A stretch of DNA of 64,000 nucleotides from Lama glama (GCA_028534125.1 CM052817.1:62312001-62376000); one strand, 5' to 3'; numbered from the stretch's first letter, positions 36,735-50,750 are shown. Numbers and translations are program-made. The notes: generated from the letters alone by a model not told the origin.

Positions 36735-38400
36735 TAAAAATTTTATTAAGAAAAACTCCATACACACACACACACATATATATGTGTGTATATATATATA
36801 TATATATACATATTATATGCCATACATATTATATGCCTGTTTAACCAGACTCAACAAATATCAGCTCAAGGCCAGTTTTTTTTTGTCTATATCCACACTC
36901 ATCTTCCTAGATTTCATTTTGAAGCAAATCCCAATCAACATATTATTTTATTTATAAATAGTCAGTACAGATATCTAAAAGATAAAGTCTTTAAAAAACG
37001 GTGATACCATTATCACCCTAATAGAATAATACCTCTCAATATTAGTGAATTCTATAGTCCATGTTCAAATATTGGCAGTTGTCTCATAAAAGTATTCAAA
37101 TCAAGAGCCAAAAAAATTTCACACATGGTAATTGGTAGATAGATCTCTTAAATCTCTTATTTTTAAAAGATTAATCATCCCCCCTTTTTCCCCTTGCAAT
37201 TTACATTTTGAAAAAAAAGAATCATTTGTTTGAGATCACAACAATTTGAATTTTGCTGTGGAATCACATAACATACTTCTCTGACTTATACTTCCTGAAA
37301 TGCAGAAGTTAGATCTATGGGCCTAATCATATTTGGGAAAGATTTTCTTGCAACAATACTTCAGAACTAGTCTTCTGTATTTCCATCAGGAAGCACTGAT
37401 ACTTCTCTTTCCAAATCTATTATCTAAATCCATTAATTCATTAAAGACTGCTAATTGATGATACTCTAATTATTATCTCTTTCACTACATCGTCCAAAGG
37501 TAAACATTGAATTCTCTTTTCTACTTTTTGTTCTTTTTCCTTGTCTTTGTTGTTTCTTATTTTTTAAAAGAACATTAATGACTATAGATTTAAATATATT
37601 GATTTATTTTTAATCCATTATTCAGTGAGAGATGCTTCAATTTGCCTACTGAGCTCTTTTAATTAAACCTCAGTTGTCTTTGATGGCTTCTTTTGCTTTC
37701 TGGTTGACAAAATGTTCCAGACTCATCTTGTACATCCCCACCTCGAAAATTAGAAGCAAGTACTTCTTCAAGGATCACTTGGTTTCTTTGTATGAGAAAT
37801 GATACTTAGAGACTACAATTTGAACACGAGTGGCATCATGAAACTAAGCTCATCATACTTTCTGATCTTTTCGGTGGAAGAACTAGCAAATGCATATATA
37901 ATGCTTAATAAGTTTATTCACTTTGAATTCAAATTTAGGGTCAGTTAGATCAGAAATATAAAAATTACTGTTGACCTTGTATCTGCATCACCTATCAACC
38001 AATGCTGAAAATTCATGCCCCCAGTGACTCCAATATAATTATTCATTGACTTTATTCTACAACACACATAAAACACTATCACCACTACCAGAAAAACTCT
38101 TATCAGAAAAACACTGTTAGTACTAGCACTAAAAACATGATCATACCAAAAAAGTTGAAGTTACTTTTTCAGTTATTTTTGTGTTTAGAATATATCTAAC
38201 TAAGAATATATAGTCAAATTTTGTGTTTAGTTATTTGAAATAGTTCCTCCTTTTGGTTATGCCAGCACCCCAATAAATAACTGGAATGTGTGACTATTTA
38301 AAATTTAGCTTTAGATTTTGAAATATTTCTGTGGTGTTTAAATCTTTCATCATTATCTAGAGTATTTTCATTATTGTAAATTCAAAATCACAAACAAATT
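36735..38400 (-). mobile_element. Ancient L1MC/ME-type 3' UTR fragments with (CA)/(TA) microsatellite at ~36763-36808
   Basis: attttgaagcaaatccc, tgttccagactcatcttgtaca and cttcaaggatc...ggtttctttgtatgagaaatgatacttaga motifs. Confidence 0.65.
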
Positions 38401-38620
38401 GTAGTAACCAGTCTCCAAAGTGGCCCTCAATTATCTTTGCCTCCTGATATTCATGCCCTTGTACAATTCCTTTTCACACCAAATCAGGCTAATCAGTATG
38501 ACTAATAATGTACTTTTGAAGTGATGATGTGTGACTTCTAAGGATAGGTCATAAAAGACACTGTGGCTTCAGCCATCATCTTTGAATCACTCATGGGGGG
38601 AAACCAGCCACTATGTCTAA
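38400..38620 (+). mobile_element. MaLR LTR 5' part (MLT1E/F-like)
   Basis: tgtagtaaccagtctccaaagtggccc...ctcctgatattcatgccctt...tgacttctaaggataggtcataaaaga. Confidence 0.7.
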
Positions 38621-38699
38621 TGTATTTCGCTATACTTTATTAAATGGTGCATCCTTTAGGCCCTCTCAGAGAATTGAGTGTTGAGTGTACAATTACATG

Positions 38700-39780
38700 T
38701 AATAAGTCTACTTCCACATCTGTGTCTTCTTAAGCCTTCAGATTCCTCCTTCTACATTATGCTAAAGAAAATTAATTTTATTGAATATAGGCTTCTCTCA
38801 AATCTATGTTTTAGTTTAAAGGAAACTGCTGGAGCTGCTTATATTGCTGGAGCCATCACCTTAAATCCAGAATCTGTGATAAGTGCATCCATAATAATTT
38901 GGCTTGATCAAAAATTATATTCTGTCCTTCGTGGTTTAACACTCATAGAATTCATTACTACATATATTCCCAAAGTTTCTGGCAATATAAATTAACAAAA
39001 CATTGAAATTCTTTTGGAGTGTAAACGGTCCTCTTCTTGGTTAGACTTCATTCTTGTTTCCGTCAAGCCTGCTGATATCTGGCACTAAATATAGATCTAG
39101 AGGCAGTAGTGGGTGGTTTGGGTGGTTGTTAAGGTGCCCAGCATCTCCTTACCATCCACTACCTCTGTAAGTTTATTATGTGGTCTTTAAGCAAGGGAGA
39201 GCTGGTTTCCTTAGGCATGCGAAGAGGGGACACTGGTAAAGGAGACTTAGGAAAACTAGAAGGCTCAAGATCATTCAGGTTCACCCATGTGGTCTCATTC
39301 CAGATCACAGGGTCCCATTATTTCCCAGTCAATGTGCTAACTTTCACTTGGTGAATCTCTAAAAGCATTCTACTTCTTTAACTTGCACAGTTAAACACGC
39401 TTGGCCCTTGCTGGCTTTAAGAGATCAGTGATTCCATTGGGTCTGTCATAGAATCTTTCTTGTTCTTTGTGACTTGAATAGAAACTTTAATGTCCCAATC
39501 TTGTCATCTACAAAAAGCTCTCCAGTGCAATAAGAAATATCCATCCTTCCTCACAGCTTTTAAAGTGACCATTACCACCACTTTACAATTGTAAAGTGCA
39601 GCAACCATTTGACTTGTCAAGGTGCTTACTCCCAGTAGGCACTATGTCACGAAAACAACTGCTTACAATTTAATTTACCATGATGACTCTGGGTGCTGTG
39701 GGTTGCTAGGATCTTATTTCATATTGTCAGGGAATCTAACCTGCATTAAAAACACTGCCAACTAACCCAAGAATCTTCTC
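38700..39780 (-). mobile_element. ERV-L internal fragment (gag)
   Basis: Minus-strand translation across frameshifts resembles ERV-L gag: YTPKEFQ.F.NLYCQK..EY...ILxV...G.NI.xDQA...DSGF.V.A. Confidence 0.7.
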
Positions 39781-40314
39781 AGTTCAGATTTATACAGGAA
39801 TAGAGCAACTGAACTAGGTATTTCAACAGAAGGAATTTAATAACTAAGTTTATTACACAGATGTTGAAAGTCTGAAAGAGAAACAGGGAACGGCTGGGTA
39901 ATATGATGATAATAACTGCAGAAAAAAAGGACATTTTCAAGTAAGAAGTTGAGATTATCAATACATAGATAATTAATGGAAAGAGTCATGTAGCTGTAAT
40001 TCAGAATTTCTTATAGGAGGCCTGCCCAGCTGCCAAGGATAATGGTGACTGGGGAAAATGGAGCAGTTCTGAGAATGCTCAAGGCGGTCAGAGGCTGGAA
40101 CTAACTCCCGCTGTTGTGGTGAAATGTCTTGACTCAGCATTTCTATCAGGAACAATAAGAGAGGAAAAGAATAAACCCATTCTCCTTTTCTCTGCCTTTA
40201 ATTCCTACTATAGTACTTCCTACTGTTGCCAGAACTTGATGGGTTGCCAATGGGCAGATAGTTTATAGAAAGATAGATTTGAAACTAAAAGTTAATAGAT
40301 AAGTGACTGACATA
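39778..40314 (-). mobile_element. ERVL LTR (LTR33-like), 5' LTR of the adjacent internal fragment
   Basis: Minus strand begins tatgtcagtc...tttcaaatctatcttttctat...aagttctggcaacagtagg, similar to LTR33; contiguous with the gag piece. Confidence 0.55.
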
Positions 40315-40969
40315 ATTATTGTTTTTCCAACATTTGTTAGTTGTGTTTTTTTTTTTGTTTTTTTTGTTTTTTGTTATGTTTTGTTTTTTGAGGATAGCCA
40401 TTCTGACAGATAGAGGAGGGGAGGGTTATGTTCTCTAGCTTCACATCCCTAGGGCTCCTTTCTCTTTTTGTTAACACTAGACGTTCAACAATATAGATTT
40501 GTGTTCTTTGAGATCTACATCATCTGCTTCTCTCCGTACTGTTACATGGTACTTCTTTTTCTTTTGCACTAGTGTCTCTTCCCGACTCAATGAAGTTGCT
40601 CTTTCCAGTGGTTTCTTTTCAAGTTGGACTGAATCCTTTAAGCCAGCTACAGATGGTTGATGTCTAGAGATTATAGGGTCCAAACTACCATGTACTGACC
40701 ATATTTTCCAATGTTTCCTTTTATTCACCTGTGAATTTTTGCATAGTGATTGAACCCTCTCTATTTGGAAAGAGTATGGTTGACAGTTCCCTTCATGAAG
40801 TCTCTGACTCTCTGGGCCATTGGAAGTCTCTTTGCTTCACTTCTGAGTCCTCTTTCATGGTTGCTACTACCACACAGACCTTTTGGAAGTTGTGCTTTAG
40901 CCCTATCTTCCTATGTTATTATCTTAAGGATAAGCTGTCATTGATGTTGCTGTAGAATTTGTCTGTGGG

Positions 40970-41432
40970 ATTTTTTAAATTGAAGTATAGTTGGTTTACA
41001 ATATTAGTTTTAGGTGTTCATCATAGTGATTCAACATTTTTATAGAGTATACTCATTTAAAGCTATTATAAAATATTGACTATATTTCCTTGTGCTAAAC
41101 AATATATCATTGCAGCTTATTTATTTTATATATAGCAGTTTATACTTTTTAAGTCTCTACCCCTGTTTTACCTCTCACCCTTTCCTTCTCCCCACTAGTA
41201 ACTACTAGTTTGTTGTCTTTATCTGTGAGTCTGTTCCTGTTTGGTTATATTCATTTGTTTGTTTTATTTTTCAGACTCCACTATAGCTGATAATATACAG
41301 TATTTGTCTTTCTCTGTCTGACTTATTTCACTAAGTATAATACCCTCCAGGCTCATTCATATTGTTACAAATGGCAAAATTTTATTCTTTTTATGGCTGA
41401 GCAGTATTCCATTATCTGTCTGTCTGACTATA

Positions 41433-41473
<41 letters not shown>

Positions 41474-41885
41474 CTCCACATCTTTTTTATCCACTCGTCT
41501 GTTAATGAACACTTAGGTTGCTTCCACATCTTGGCAATTGTAAATAATGCTACTATGAACATTGGATGCATGTATCTTTTCAAATAAATACCCAGAAGTG
41601 AAATTGCTGGGTTATATGGTAGTTATATTTTCAGTTTTTTGAGAAACGTCCATACTCTTTTTCACAGTGACTGCACCAATTTATATTCCCAACAACAGTA
41701 TACAAAGGTTCCATTTTCTCCACATCCCCATCAACATTTGTTAGTTGTGGGGTTTTTTTGAGGATAGCCATTCTGACAGGTGTGAGGTGATTTGTATTGT
41801 GGTTTTGATTTGCATTTCTCTGATGATTAGCGATGTTGAACATCTTTTCATTTGTCTGTTGGCTATCTGTATGTCTTCTTTGGGT
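40970..41885 (-). mobile_element. L1 3' end (L1MA/artiodactyl type) with (GT)n at ~41437-41470
   Basis: aattgaagtatagttggtttacaatatt...ttatggctgagcagtattccatt...tttgatttgcatttctctgatgattag; minus ORF includes [12 protein letters not shown]. Confidence 0.9.
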
Positions 41886-41889
41886 TTTT

Positions 41890-42870
41890 CTTTTTAATTA
41901 TTTTATTTCACATACCATGCAATTCATCCATTTAAAGTGTACAATTTAATGAGTCACAACATGTTCACAGTTATGCAACCAACACCACAATCAATTTTAG
42001 AACATTTTTATCAACCACGAAAGAAACCTATTAGCAGTCAGTCCCATTAAGTATGATGTTAGCTCTGGAGTTTTCATGGATTCCTCTATCAGACTAACAG
42101 TATATTTCTAGTTCGCTCAGTGCTTTTTATCATGAATGGGTGCGAGATTTTGTCAAATATGTATTCTGTATCGAAATTATCATGTGTTATTTTTATAATT
42201 TTTTTTATTAATACAGTGTATTATGTTGACTGATTTTTGTATGTTAAACCAACTTTGCATTTCTGAGGTAAATCCCACTTGATAATGGTGTATAATCCTC
42301 TTTTACATGTTTCTGGATTTGGTTTTCCAGTATTTTGTTGAAGATTTTTCTGTCTATATTCATAAAGGATGTTGGTCTGTAGTTTTTAAAATTTGTTTTG
42401 TTTTGTTTTTCTTGTGATGTCTTGTTTTGGTATCTTGGAAATACTGGCCTAATAGAATGAGTTGGAAAGCATTCCATCCTTATCTATTTTTGAGAGTTTG
42501 GGCTTTGGATTTTCTTTGAAGTGGAAAGGTTTTTAATTATTAATTCTCTTTTCTTGCTATAGGTCTAGTCATATTTTCTATTTCTTATTGAATCAATTTG
42601 GTGGTTTGTGTCCCTCTAGGAATATATCCTTTTTATCTGTGTTACCTAACTTGGTGTACAACTGTTTGTAGTATCCTGTATAATCTGTTTTATTTTTGTA
42701 AAGTTAGTTGTGATGTCGTCTCTTTTATTCTGGATTTTCTTAATTTGAATCTTCTTTCATTTGTCAGTATAGTTAGGGTGAATCAGTTTTGTTGATCTTT
42801 TTGATAACCCAATTTTTGGTTTTGTTGATTTTTCTATTCTCTGTTTCATTCATTTCCAGCATAATTTGTA
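41890..42870 (-). mobile_element. Older L1MB 3' end plus L1 ORF2 RT-region fragment
   Basis: aattcatccatttaaagtgtacaat...; minus ORF NYRPTSFMNIDRKIFNKILENQIQKH corresponds to the L1 NYRPISLMNID motif. Confidence 0.85.
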
Positions 42871-43254
42871 TTTCCTTGGCTTGTGGTGGTTCTTGTTTGT
42901 TTGTTAATTTTTATCTTGTTATCTTAGTTGTTCTGTTTTTACAGGAGGATTTGGGGGCATTTAAAAATAAAAAGGAGCCACTGCCTTTTTGTCTGGGACC
43001 AATAGAAGACATTTTAAAACTACAAGGATAAAAAAGCTTGTTTATATATTTTTATAGCAACACTTTCAGTAATGCATACTTTGTTAATAACTTCCTTGAG
43101 TAAAGAAATGTGATGTTATTCATCCATTATTAAAAATGTACAATTTCTTAGCTATTACTTATAATCAGTGACTATATTCAGGAAGTCAATTTAATCAGTT
43201 AGAAATTATTTAATCTCTGTTTTGTAGACCTGAATTTATTAATAATTAAACCAG

Positions 43255-43552
43255 GTTCTGTGTATATTTATATATGTGCACATATGTATACAGACATATG
43301 TGCATATATATCCATATTTATATATACATATGATATGAATACATGTATATAATTTCTATTTATATGCAATTATATATATATAAATAATTTGTATAATTAT
43401 ATGACTGCTCTACTTTTAATGAGACTCTGAGCTCTGGGAACCTTGACCTTTTAAAATGTCACAGAAGGAAACAGTGGGCTCTAAAACATGTATCATTAAT
43501 AATAATAATAAAATAAAAAATAATAAAAATATATAAAAAATAAAAATATATA
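43255..43552. repeat. AT-rich low-complexity and (AAT)n tracts
   Basis: tatatgtg/catata arrays 43260-43400; aataataataata 43497 onward. Confidence 0.8.
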
Positions 43553-45952
43553 CATTGTCTCAGAGTTCTAACTACTTTGGAAATTGGAAATTAACATGTC
43601 CATATTAAGGAAACTGAGGATCCAGAGAAGTGAAGATGTTGTTTGTAGCCTCACAGGAAATAATTGACAGAGCCAAGAATCAGTGTTTATAGGATTTCAA
43701 AACTCTGGTCTGCTCTTTTTTTCTATATAGCTCTTTTTTTTCTATATAGCTCTTCAGTCTCAGTTCAAGATTAGAGATGAAGTACTTTCAAGTACATTTA
43801 TCGTCCTATTTGAAGAGTAAACACATTTCCCATATTTAATAGGAGTAGATTGAATTACATATGAGGTAAGCTAATTAGACTCATTCTGTCTGTGTGGAGA
43901 AATACAGGCATCTGTGTGGGAAAAACAGGGCAAAGAAATATGGTAAAAATAAAAAGCTGACCTTGCATCAAGATGTATGTCTATAGGTTTAAATGTCTGG
44001 TATGCGTGTACTCTTTCTAACTACTAAAATGTGATTCTTTGTGCAAAGATTGCCAGATTATGCCATGTCAAGATGGCTACAGGGCCTTTGAAAGAACAAA
44101 TCACTGATATTGACTTGTCAAGCCTTAGAGTAGTCATAAAGCTTCCACAAACAATCATGAGCAGAAACATAAAGAACCTAGTGATGAGTGACTTCTCCAT
44201 TCTTGATATGATTGATTACAAAAAGTCATAAGCAATACAGGAGTGATCACTAAATGGAATAGCCTCAAGGAGAGAGATCCTTTGTCCAAGAAGAGTGGTC
44301 TAAGAAGAGGATACAGCACTGAAAACATGAACTATGGTTTGGATTAGGAAGTGATAAATGAGATCCCTCTGTTCATATTTAGTGGAACCCAGAGGCTATT
44401 TGAGGTGGTTAGGAAATGTAACTGCTTCAGGAGATAGACAGCTGCATGGTAAGAAGGGTACTTTTAAGGTACTTTAGTTGACATAACCTTTATTTAACTC
44501 CTTAGGAGTAACACATTAACTAAATTTTTTAAGTCCTGGGGTCACCTGTATATCCACAATTTTGTTGTTTCAGTCTCTCTCCAATTCATCCCCCAAGGAT
44601 TACATATTGACTAATTCTGAAGAAGAAAAAAAATTAAAGTTCAAAAAATTTTCTGTGTGAAATTGTGAAAGACTAATTCACACCTATATTTGCTTGTTGT
44701 AATGTTAAAGTTTTAGAATTTTATCATTGTTGGAGAGTGAGAGAAAGGGGCAGAGGAGGGAGAGACAGAGGGAGAGAGGAGAGAACAAAAAACCTGTTAT
44801 CTCTACTTACTGCAAAGATATTTCATTATTGGAATGATGACTGAATTTGATTTTTGCTTATGAAGTTTGTTGAGTGTGTGAACTACTGTCATGTCTCTCC
44901 CTTTTCCAGCCTTCCTGCCACCACGCTGCCGCCCATGATCCTCAAAACCTGGGGCACCTGGGTTTTGCTCCTGGTTTTCTGTTTCTGCTTTCCTCTGCTG
45001 CAGGAGGTTTGCCTGTCTGTCACATTTACTAGATACTGAGGGACTCTAGTCCAAACTAGGAATAAGGCAGCTCTATCTTGCCTTTTTGAGATTCAAGCTA
45101 AAATTGTTGAATAAACTTGTTCTTACTCGGTACACCCTTTTGACTTCTGAGTTGATGAAAACTGTCAGAGATCTTAGCCTTAAACTGCTCCTTCCACCAC
45201 CCCCTTTCCTTCTCTCCTTTTCTTCACTTTGCTTCATGCCATCCAACCCCTTCAACCACACATGTAACTCTCCTGAAATGTCCTGCTGAATTTTCTGAAT
45301 TTGCTTCAGCTATTTATTGAAGCATTAGGACCTTTATAACAAACAAATAAACAAACATGTACTTTCCCTTCTTATTTTTGTTCTTATATAGTACAAGGTA
45401 GGATACCTTCATCTTTTTATCTGGGGTATATCAAATTAAAATAAAATAATGAGCCATACCACTTAGATGTGGTTGTAAATTTAAGGAAAAGAAAGATCTA
45501 AATGTATGTCAGTCATGGTGTCATGCACATTTCCACATGCTTAAAGAAGACTTTTAGCTTTGTGAGCTAACTGTTACATTACAGTAAGCAAGAAGTCAGG
45601 GAACTGGATCAGAAGCTGTAGATGTTATTGAACTATTTACTGATTTCTATTCTTCATGGATGAATGGAGGAGAAATTATGGTACAAGATGATGAGTAAAC
45701 CTAATAACAGTTTACCTCAAGAAGCCTAAAATTAACTACAGAATAGACTTATTCTGAGTGGTCTCATAATTCAGTCAGCAAGATGAAATTTTAACAATAA
45801 AATTCAAGTTTTCAGAGCAGATAATTTTCATTCCTACCACTGTGTACACTCATACTAACTGAAGATGATGTTGAAGAAAGGATTCATTTTTCATTTGTTC
45901 TTTTCTTCCTCATGAGCTTGAATTTAAGATAAGTAGACATGATTTCTGGCTC

Positions 45953-45978
45953 TGTGTGTGTGTGTGTGTGTGTGTGTG
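45953..45978. repeat. (TG)n microsatellite
   Basis: Direct observation. Confidence 0.95.
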
Positions 45979-47307
45979 GCTTTGGACTAATGTTTAATTT
46001 TTCCTTCAGTTACACCAGTGTTAAAATAAGGATGGTATTACCACACTAAGATTAGTGAGAACATGAATTAGATAATGCCTGTCAAGTTCCTGTAGTTCCT
46101 TAGAGAAAGGTATTAGTGTTCATGTGTAAATGACTGAAGATGTAAAAAATCAAGAATTTACTTGACTTCTTTTAATTTATATTATAAAACTTCAAGTATA
46201 TTGGTATTTATTATACAAATAGGCAGGATTAGAATGAATAAGAATATGACTATAAAATAAAATTACTCACATTTTAATATATTACACAATTAAAAGAAGA
46301 AAAGTGGTGAAAATAGAGAATGTATTCCAGAATTAATCTTTTTACTGTAACCTGCCATTATGTCTCTATAGGCTCATAAAAGTTTCATATTCAAAATTTT
46401 AAAACCTGATTTAATTGGAGAAATTTTAACCACAACTTTCTCAAGCAAACTTTTTTTTTTTTTTAAATTGTAGTTCTTAGCCTGTATTGTGTGACTGATC
46501 CTCTTTGGTATCTCTTGAAAGTGGTGCCTCCTTTGCTTAGGTAAACACTGTGTCCATCAAAAGTCTTCACTGACAACAACCAGAACCAATTCTGGTCAGC
46601 TAAAGCAGCAACATGACTTACTAAAAGATTGTAATTAGCTTACAGAATATTTCAGTGGGTCAGAGAATTAGGCTTGGGGGCTATGTAGTTCAGAACAACG
46701 CTCTGAATACTCCACTGTATGTTGTTGCTCATCCAGGGCTTGTATCACCAACACTGGATGCTACTACAAGAAATTTGACTTCTGCAGCTTTTGGAAGCTA
46801 GATTCGGTTAATACTACCCTTAATAGCAAGAGAAGGATGAAAAAGCATATTCTTTTGTTTGTTCATTGATTTAGCCAATATCATGTAATATCTACCATGC
46901 TATTAGGCACTAGGGAAATCATAGGGAATAACAAAGGAGATAGTCTATGGATTTGATAAAATTTCTGAGGAGCTTAAAGGTAGTTGTGACTGAGTCAATG
47001 GGATTTGGTAAGAATTTTCTCTGGAAGTAATTAATATTGTCAGCAAAAACTGTAGGACTGCTTTGGGAAAATGAGCTAGGGGAGAGTCAATAAAAAAAGC
47101 TGTGGTATTATCCGTAAAGCTGTAACATAAAATGGAAAAGTCCAGAGAGAACGTAAAAGAAAGCCCATAGAGTGGTGATATAAAAATGTCCACAATGGAA
47201 TTAAACTATGGCTTAACCAATAAAGAAAATTTATAGTAAGACAAATTTGAAATATGCATATGTAGATAATATTTAGTCTGAAGAGGCAAGTAATGAGTTG
47301 CAACCTT

Positions 47308-48238
47308 GTATTATGTTATAGCAAAATACCACAAACTAGGTGGCTTAAACAACAGAAATTTATTTCTTATACTTTTGGAGGCTGGATATTCTAGATAAAG
47401 GTCCAGAAGAGTTTGGTATCTGGCAAGTGCTCTCTTCCTGGTCTGCAGACAGGTACCTTCTTACTGGGTCCTAACATGGCCTTTCCTCTGAGTGTGCACA
47501 CAGAGAGANNNNNNNNNNNNNNNNNNNNNNNNNNNNNNNNNNNNNNNNNNNNNNNNNNNNNNNNNNNNNNNNNNNNNNNNNNNNNNNNNNNNNNNNNNNN
47601 NNNNNNNNNNNNNNNNNNNNNNNNNNNNNNNNNNNNNNNNNNNNNNNNNNNNNNNNNNNNNNNNNNNNNNNNNNNNNNNNNNNNNNNNNNNNNNNNNNNN
47701 NNNNNNNNNNNNNNNNNNNNNNNNNNNNNNNNNNNNNNNNNNNNNNNNNNNNNNNNNNNNNNNNNNNNNNNNNNNNNNNNNNNNNNNNNNNNNNNNNNNN
47801 NNNNNNNNNNNNNNNNNNNNNNNNNNNNNNNNNNNNNNNNNNNNNNNNNNNNNNNNNNNNNNNNNNNNNNNNNNNNNNNNNNNNNNNNNNNNNNNNNNNN
47901 NNNNNNNNNNNNNNNNNNNNNNNNNNNNNNNNNNNNNNNNNNNNNNNNNNNNNNNNNNNNNNNNNNNNNNNNNNNNNNNNNNNNNNNNNNNNNNNNNNNN
48001 NNNNNNNNCTTACTGGGTCCTAACATGGCCTTTCCTCTGAGTGTGCACACAGAGAGACAGAAGTAGAGAGCTCTTTGATATCTTTTCTTGTAAGGATACT
48101 AATTCCTTTGGATCAGGGCCCTACCATTATGACCTTATTTAACCTTAATTTTGTCCTTCTAGGCCCTATCTCAGTGCTGTCACTTTGGGGTTAGGGGCTT
48201 AGTCATATGAATTTTGAGAGGGTATAATTCAGTCCACA
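47308..48238 (-). mobile_element. MaLR LTR (MLT1A-like) spanning a gap
   Basis: aaaataccacaaactaggtggcttaaacaacagaaatttattt...tgaccttatttaaccttaatt...catatgaattttgag...attcagtcca. Confidence 0.85.
47509..48008. other. Assembly gap (500 N), probably spurious
   Basis: Identical 49 nt on both flanks (47460-47508 and 48009-48057). Confidence 0.95.
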
Positions 48239-50124
48239 GGAAACATTGGGCGTATTTTATGTAATAATGTTGCTATTTTATGATGGTTAGGGATTTTGTG
48301 GCTAAGCATGTTTTATCCAGTTACATGTTATTTTGAGATATGCTGGAGCAATACATACATATTTTGATATATATGATCAGATATGTAGTACACTGGTTTA
48401 AGTACACAGCATTTACTCAACATCCATTCTGTACAGAAGCTATAAGCTAGGCATTTTTTTGGGTACATACTTTTAATTTAATGCACATAATAGACTTTTA
48501 GCTATCTGTAATTCATATTAACTTGAATGAGATTGAAAATTGTCTTTAGGGAACCACTCCTACTCATGAGAACATAATGAGTAAGATGTAATAAAATATA
48601 ACTTTATTTTATTTATTTTCCCTGGAGTTTCTTGAGAACTCTAAACCACAAGAATTTGTCTGTAGTTGGAATGCTGTTGTATAAAGTTTGGAACTTAAAA
48701 CCTAATACATGTTGAACATGAGAGGGGCTACAGCACAGCAGTAATTGCTCTGAAAACTATAGCTCTACACCATCGTTTAATCTAGCTAGAGTGTAGACTT
48801 AAAAGGTTTTTAATGTCTCTTAAGGTATTTTCAAATTCCAGATTTTCATTAATATAGCAAAAAGACATAATGCAGTATTGAAAATGAAAGCAACAAATAA
48901 TGCAAACACAAAACCATTCCACATTCATCAGAGATTCCAAACTAGAGCGGTGATTATAATGATCATGTCAGGCTTAAGTGTACAAATTTGTCTTCCTCTA
49001 AGACAGTTACTTGTATATTTTAAATTATAATGAATTATATAGTACTTCTTTCCTCTCTGCACCTAGTTTGTAGTGTAGAATCTGAAGTAAGTTTTCCTTT
49101 GCCTGATATGCCTGATAATATTTTAGGTATTATATATTATTTAGATTTCCCCAAAGGTTGATACATGTTTCTTGTTTGCCTGTGGGTAGGACCACAGAGA
49201 TTTGTTGAGCTGATTGTGTGTGTTTCTTTCCCTGAGGGAGCATTTACTTTTCCCTGTTTAGAGCAGAAAGGCCCCAAGGTACAATTTGTTTTCATCAAAG
49301 GATTTACTTTTTTATTTTGTGAACGTATTTATTAGGAAAATTGTTTGAACTAGAGCAGGTTTTTTCATGATACATTATGAGCGTAGTTAAATTGGTGATC
49401 AGAGAGCCAGACAAATCAAGTCTTCTAAGAGACTGTGTATTTGTATTCAATAATGTTGACTAAAACAAAATTTTCCACAAGGTTCTGTAAACAATAGATT
49501 TATAGTTTTATAAAGTAACAAATATCATTAGTGGTCATTTTAAGCAGTATTGACTTGTATTTTTTTATTTTTAATGAAGGAAAATTTGGAGTAATGTAAA
49601 ATAATATATTTTATTCCTGTTCATTTTTTCATAAATATTTTATCTTATAGAATTCATATTAATGATTTATTTGGATTTTTGTTTAAAAATCCAAGTGCTA
49701 ATATTGTTATATCATAGTAACATTTATTAATTTTCAGTGAAAAAAGGAATCTTTTACTAAAACATATATACATCAATATTCCTAATTATTCTAAATAATG
49801 AGAGTGTTTTGGTTATATTACTAAGATACACTAATCAGTTGGAAAATAACAAAATTAAATAATAGTTGAATTTTAAATATATTCCATCTTTGTGTATGAA
49901 CATTATTTTTATTTATAACACTGGTTTAACTTACGTTAAACTATGTAATGTAGGCTAATTTACATGGAAAGATATGAAGAAAGTTCAGGTCTATTGTGTT
50001 TCAGAAACTTAGAAAATTTTCTAAATATTCATCCTAGCAGTGTGATTAAGATTTTAGAATAAACCCTTAAAATTAATGTTTGTATTGTCTTTCTTTCATC
50101 ATTATAATATCTATTTTTTGTTGA

Positions 50125-50500
50125 TGTATTTAATAGCCAGAATAATGGTCCCTGAGGTTGTTCACACCCTAATATCATGAATTTGTGAGTATGTTACATT
50201 TTGTGGCAAAGGGAAATAAAAGAACAGATGAAATTAAAATTGCTAATCAGCTGACCTTAAGATAGGGGGCTTTTCCTGGATTCTTTGATTGGGTCTAATT
50301 TATTCACAAAAATTTTTAAATGTGGAGGAGGGAGCTAGAAGAGATCAGTGATTCAATGTGGGGAAGACTTGACCGACCGTTGCTGGCTTTGAAGGTGGAG
50401 AAAGGGGTCACTAGCTATCAAGTGTGAATGGCTTCTGGAAGGTGAAAAAACTGATTCTTCCTAGAGCCTGAAGAAAGGAACACACCTGTGCTGATGATGT
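50125..50500 (+). mobile_element. MaLR LTR (MLT1D-like)
   Basis: cagaataatggtcc...gtatgttaca...tgctaatcagctgaccttaagatagg...ttgctggctttgaaggtggag...ctagagcct. Confidence 0.8.
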
Positions 50501-50750
50501 CAACTAGGAGTTACTCTCAGTTCCTAGAGGCTGCTCTCAGGTCCTAACTATTTGGCCCTCTCATAACATGACAACTTAATTCTTCAGTCAGCAGGAAAAT
50601 CTTTCCAGCCTGATACAACAGTGTCTTGTATAATGTAACGTAATCATTGAAGCCCTTCATATTCATAAGTCCTGCCTACACTCAAGAGGAACACATACAC
50701 AGGGTGACTACACCAGGGGACAGGAATCTTCGGGGCCATCTTGTAGGTCT
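50500..50750 (-). mobile_element. MaLR LTR fragment (MLT1E/F-like), opposite orientation
   Basis: ctctcagttcctagaggctgc...gtcctgcctacactcaagagga...ggaatcttcggggccatctt. Confidence 0.6.

Noticed and set aside
43712..43754. Tandem duplication of gctctttttttctatata
   Set aside because: Ordinary slippage duplication at a MIR edge; a similar 22-nt one lies at ~13889-13930.
47391..48066. Long ORFs of 182-219 aa
   Set aside because: Span the N gap inside an MLT1 LTR.
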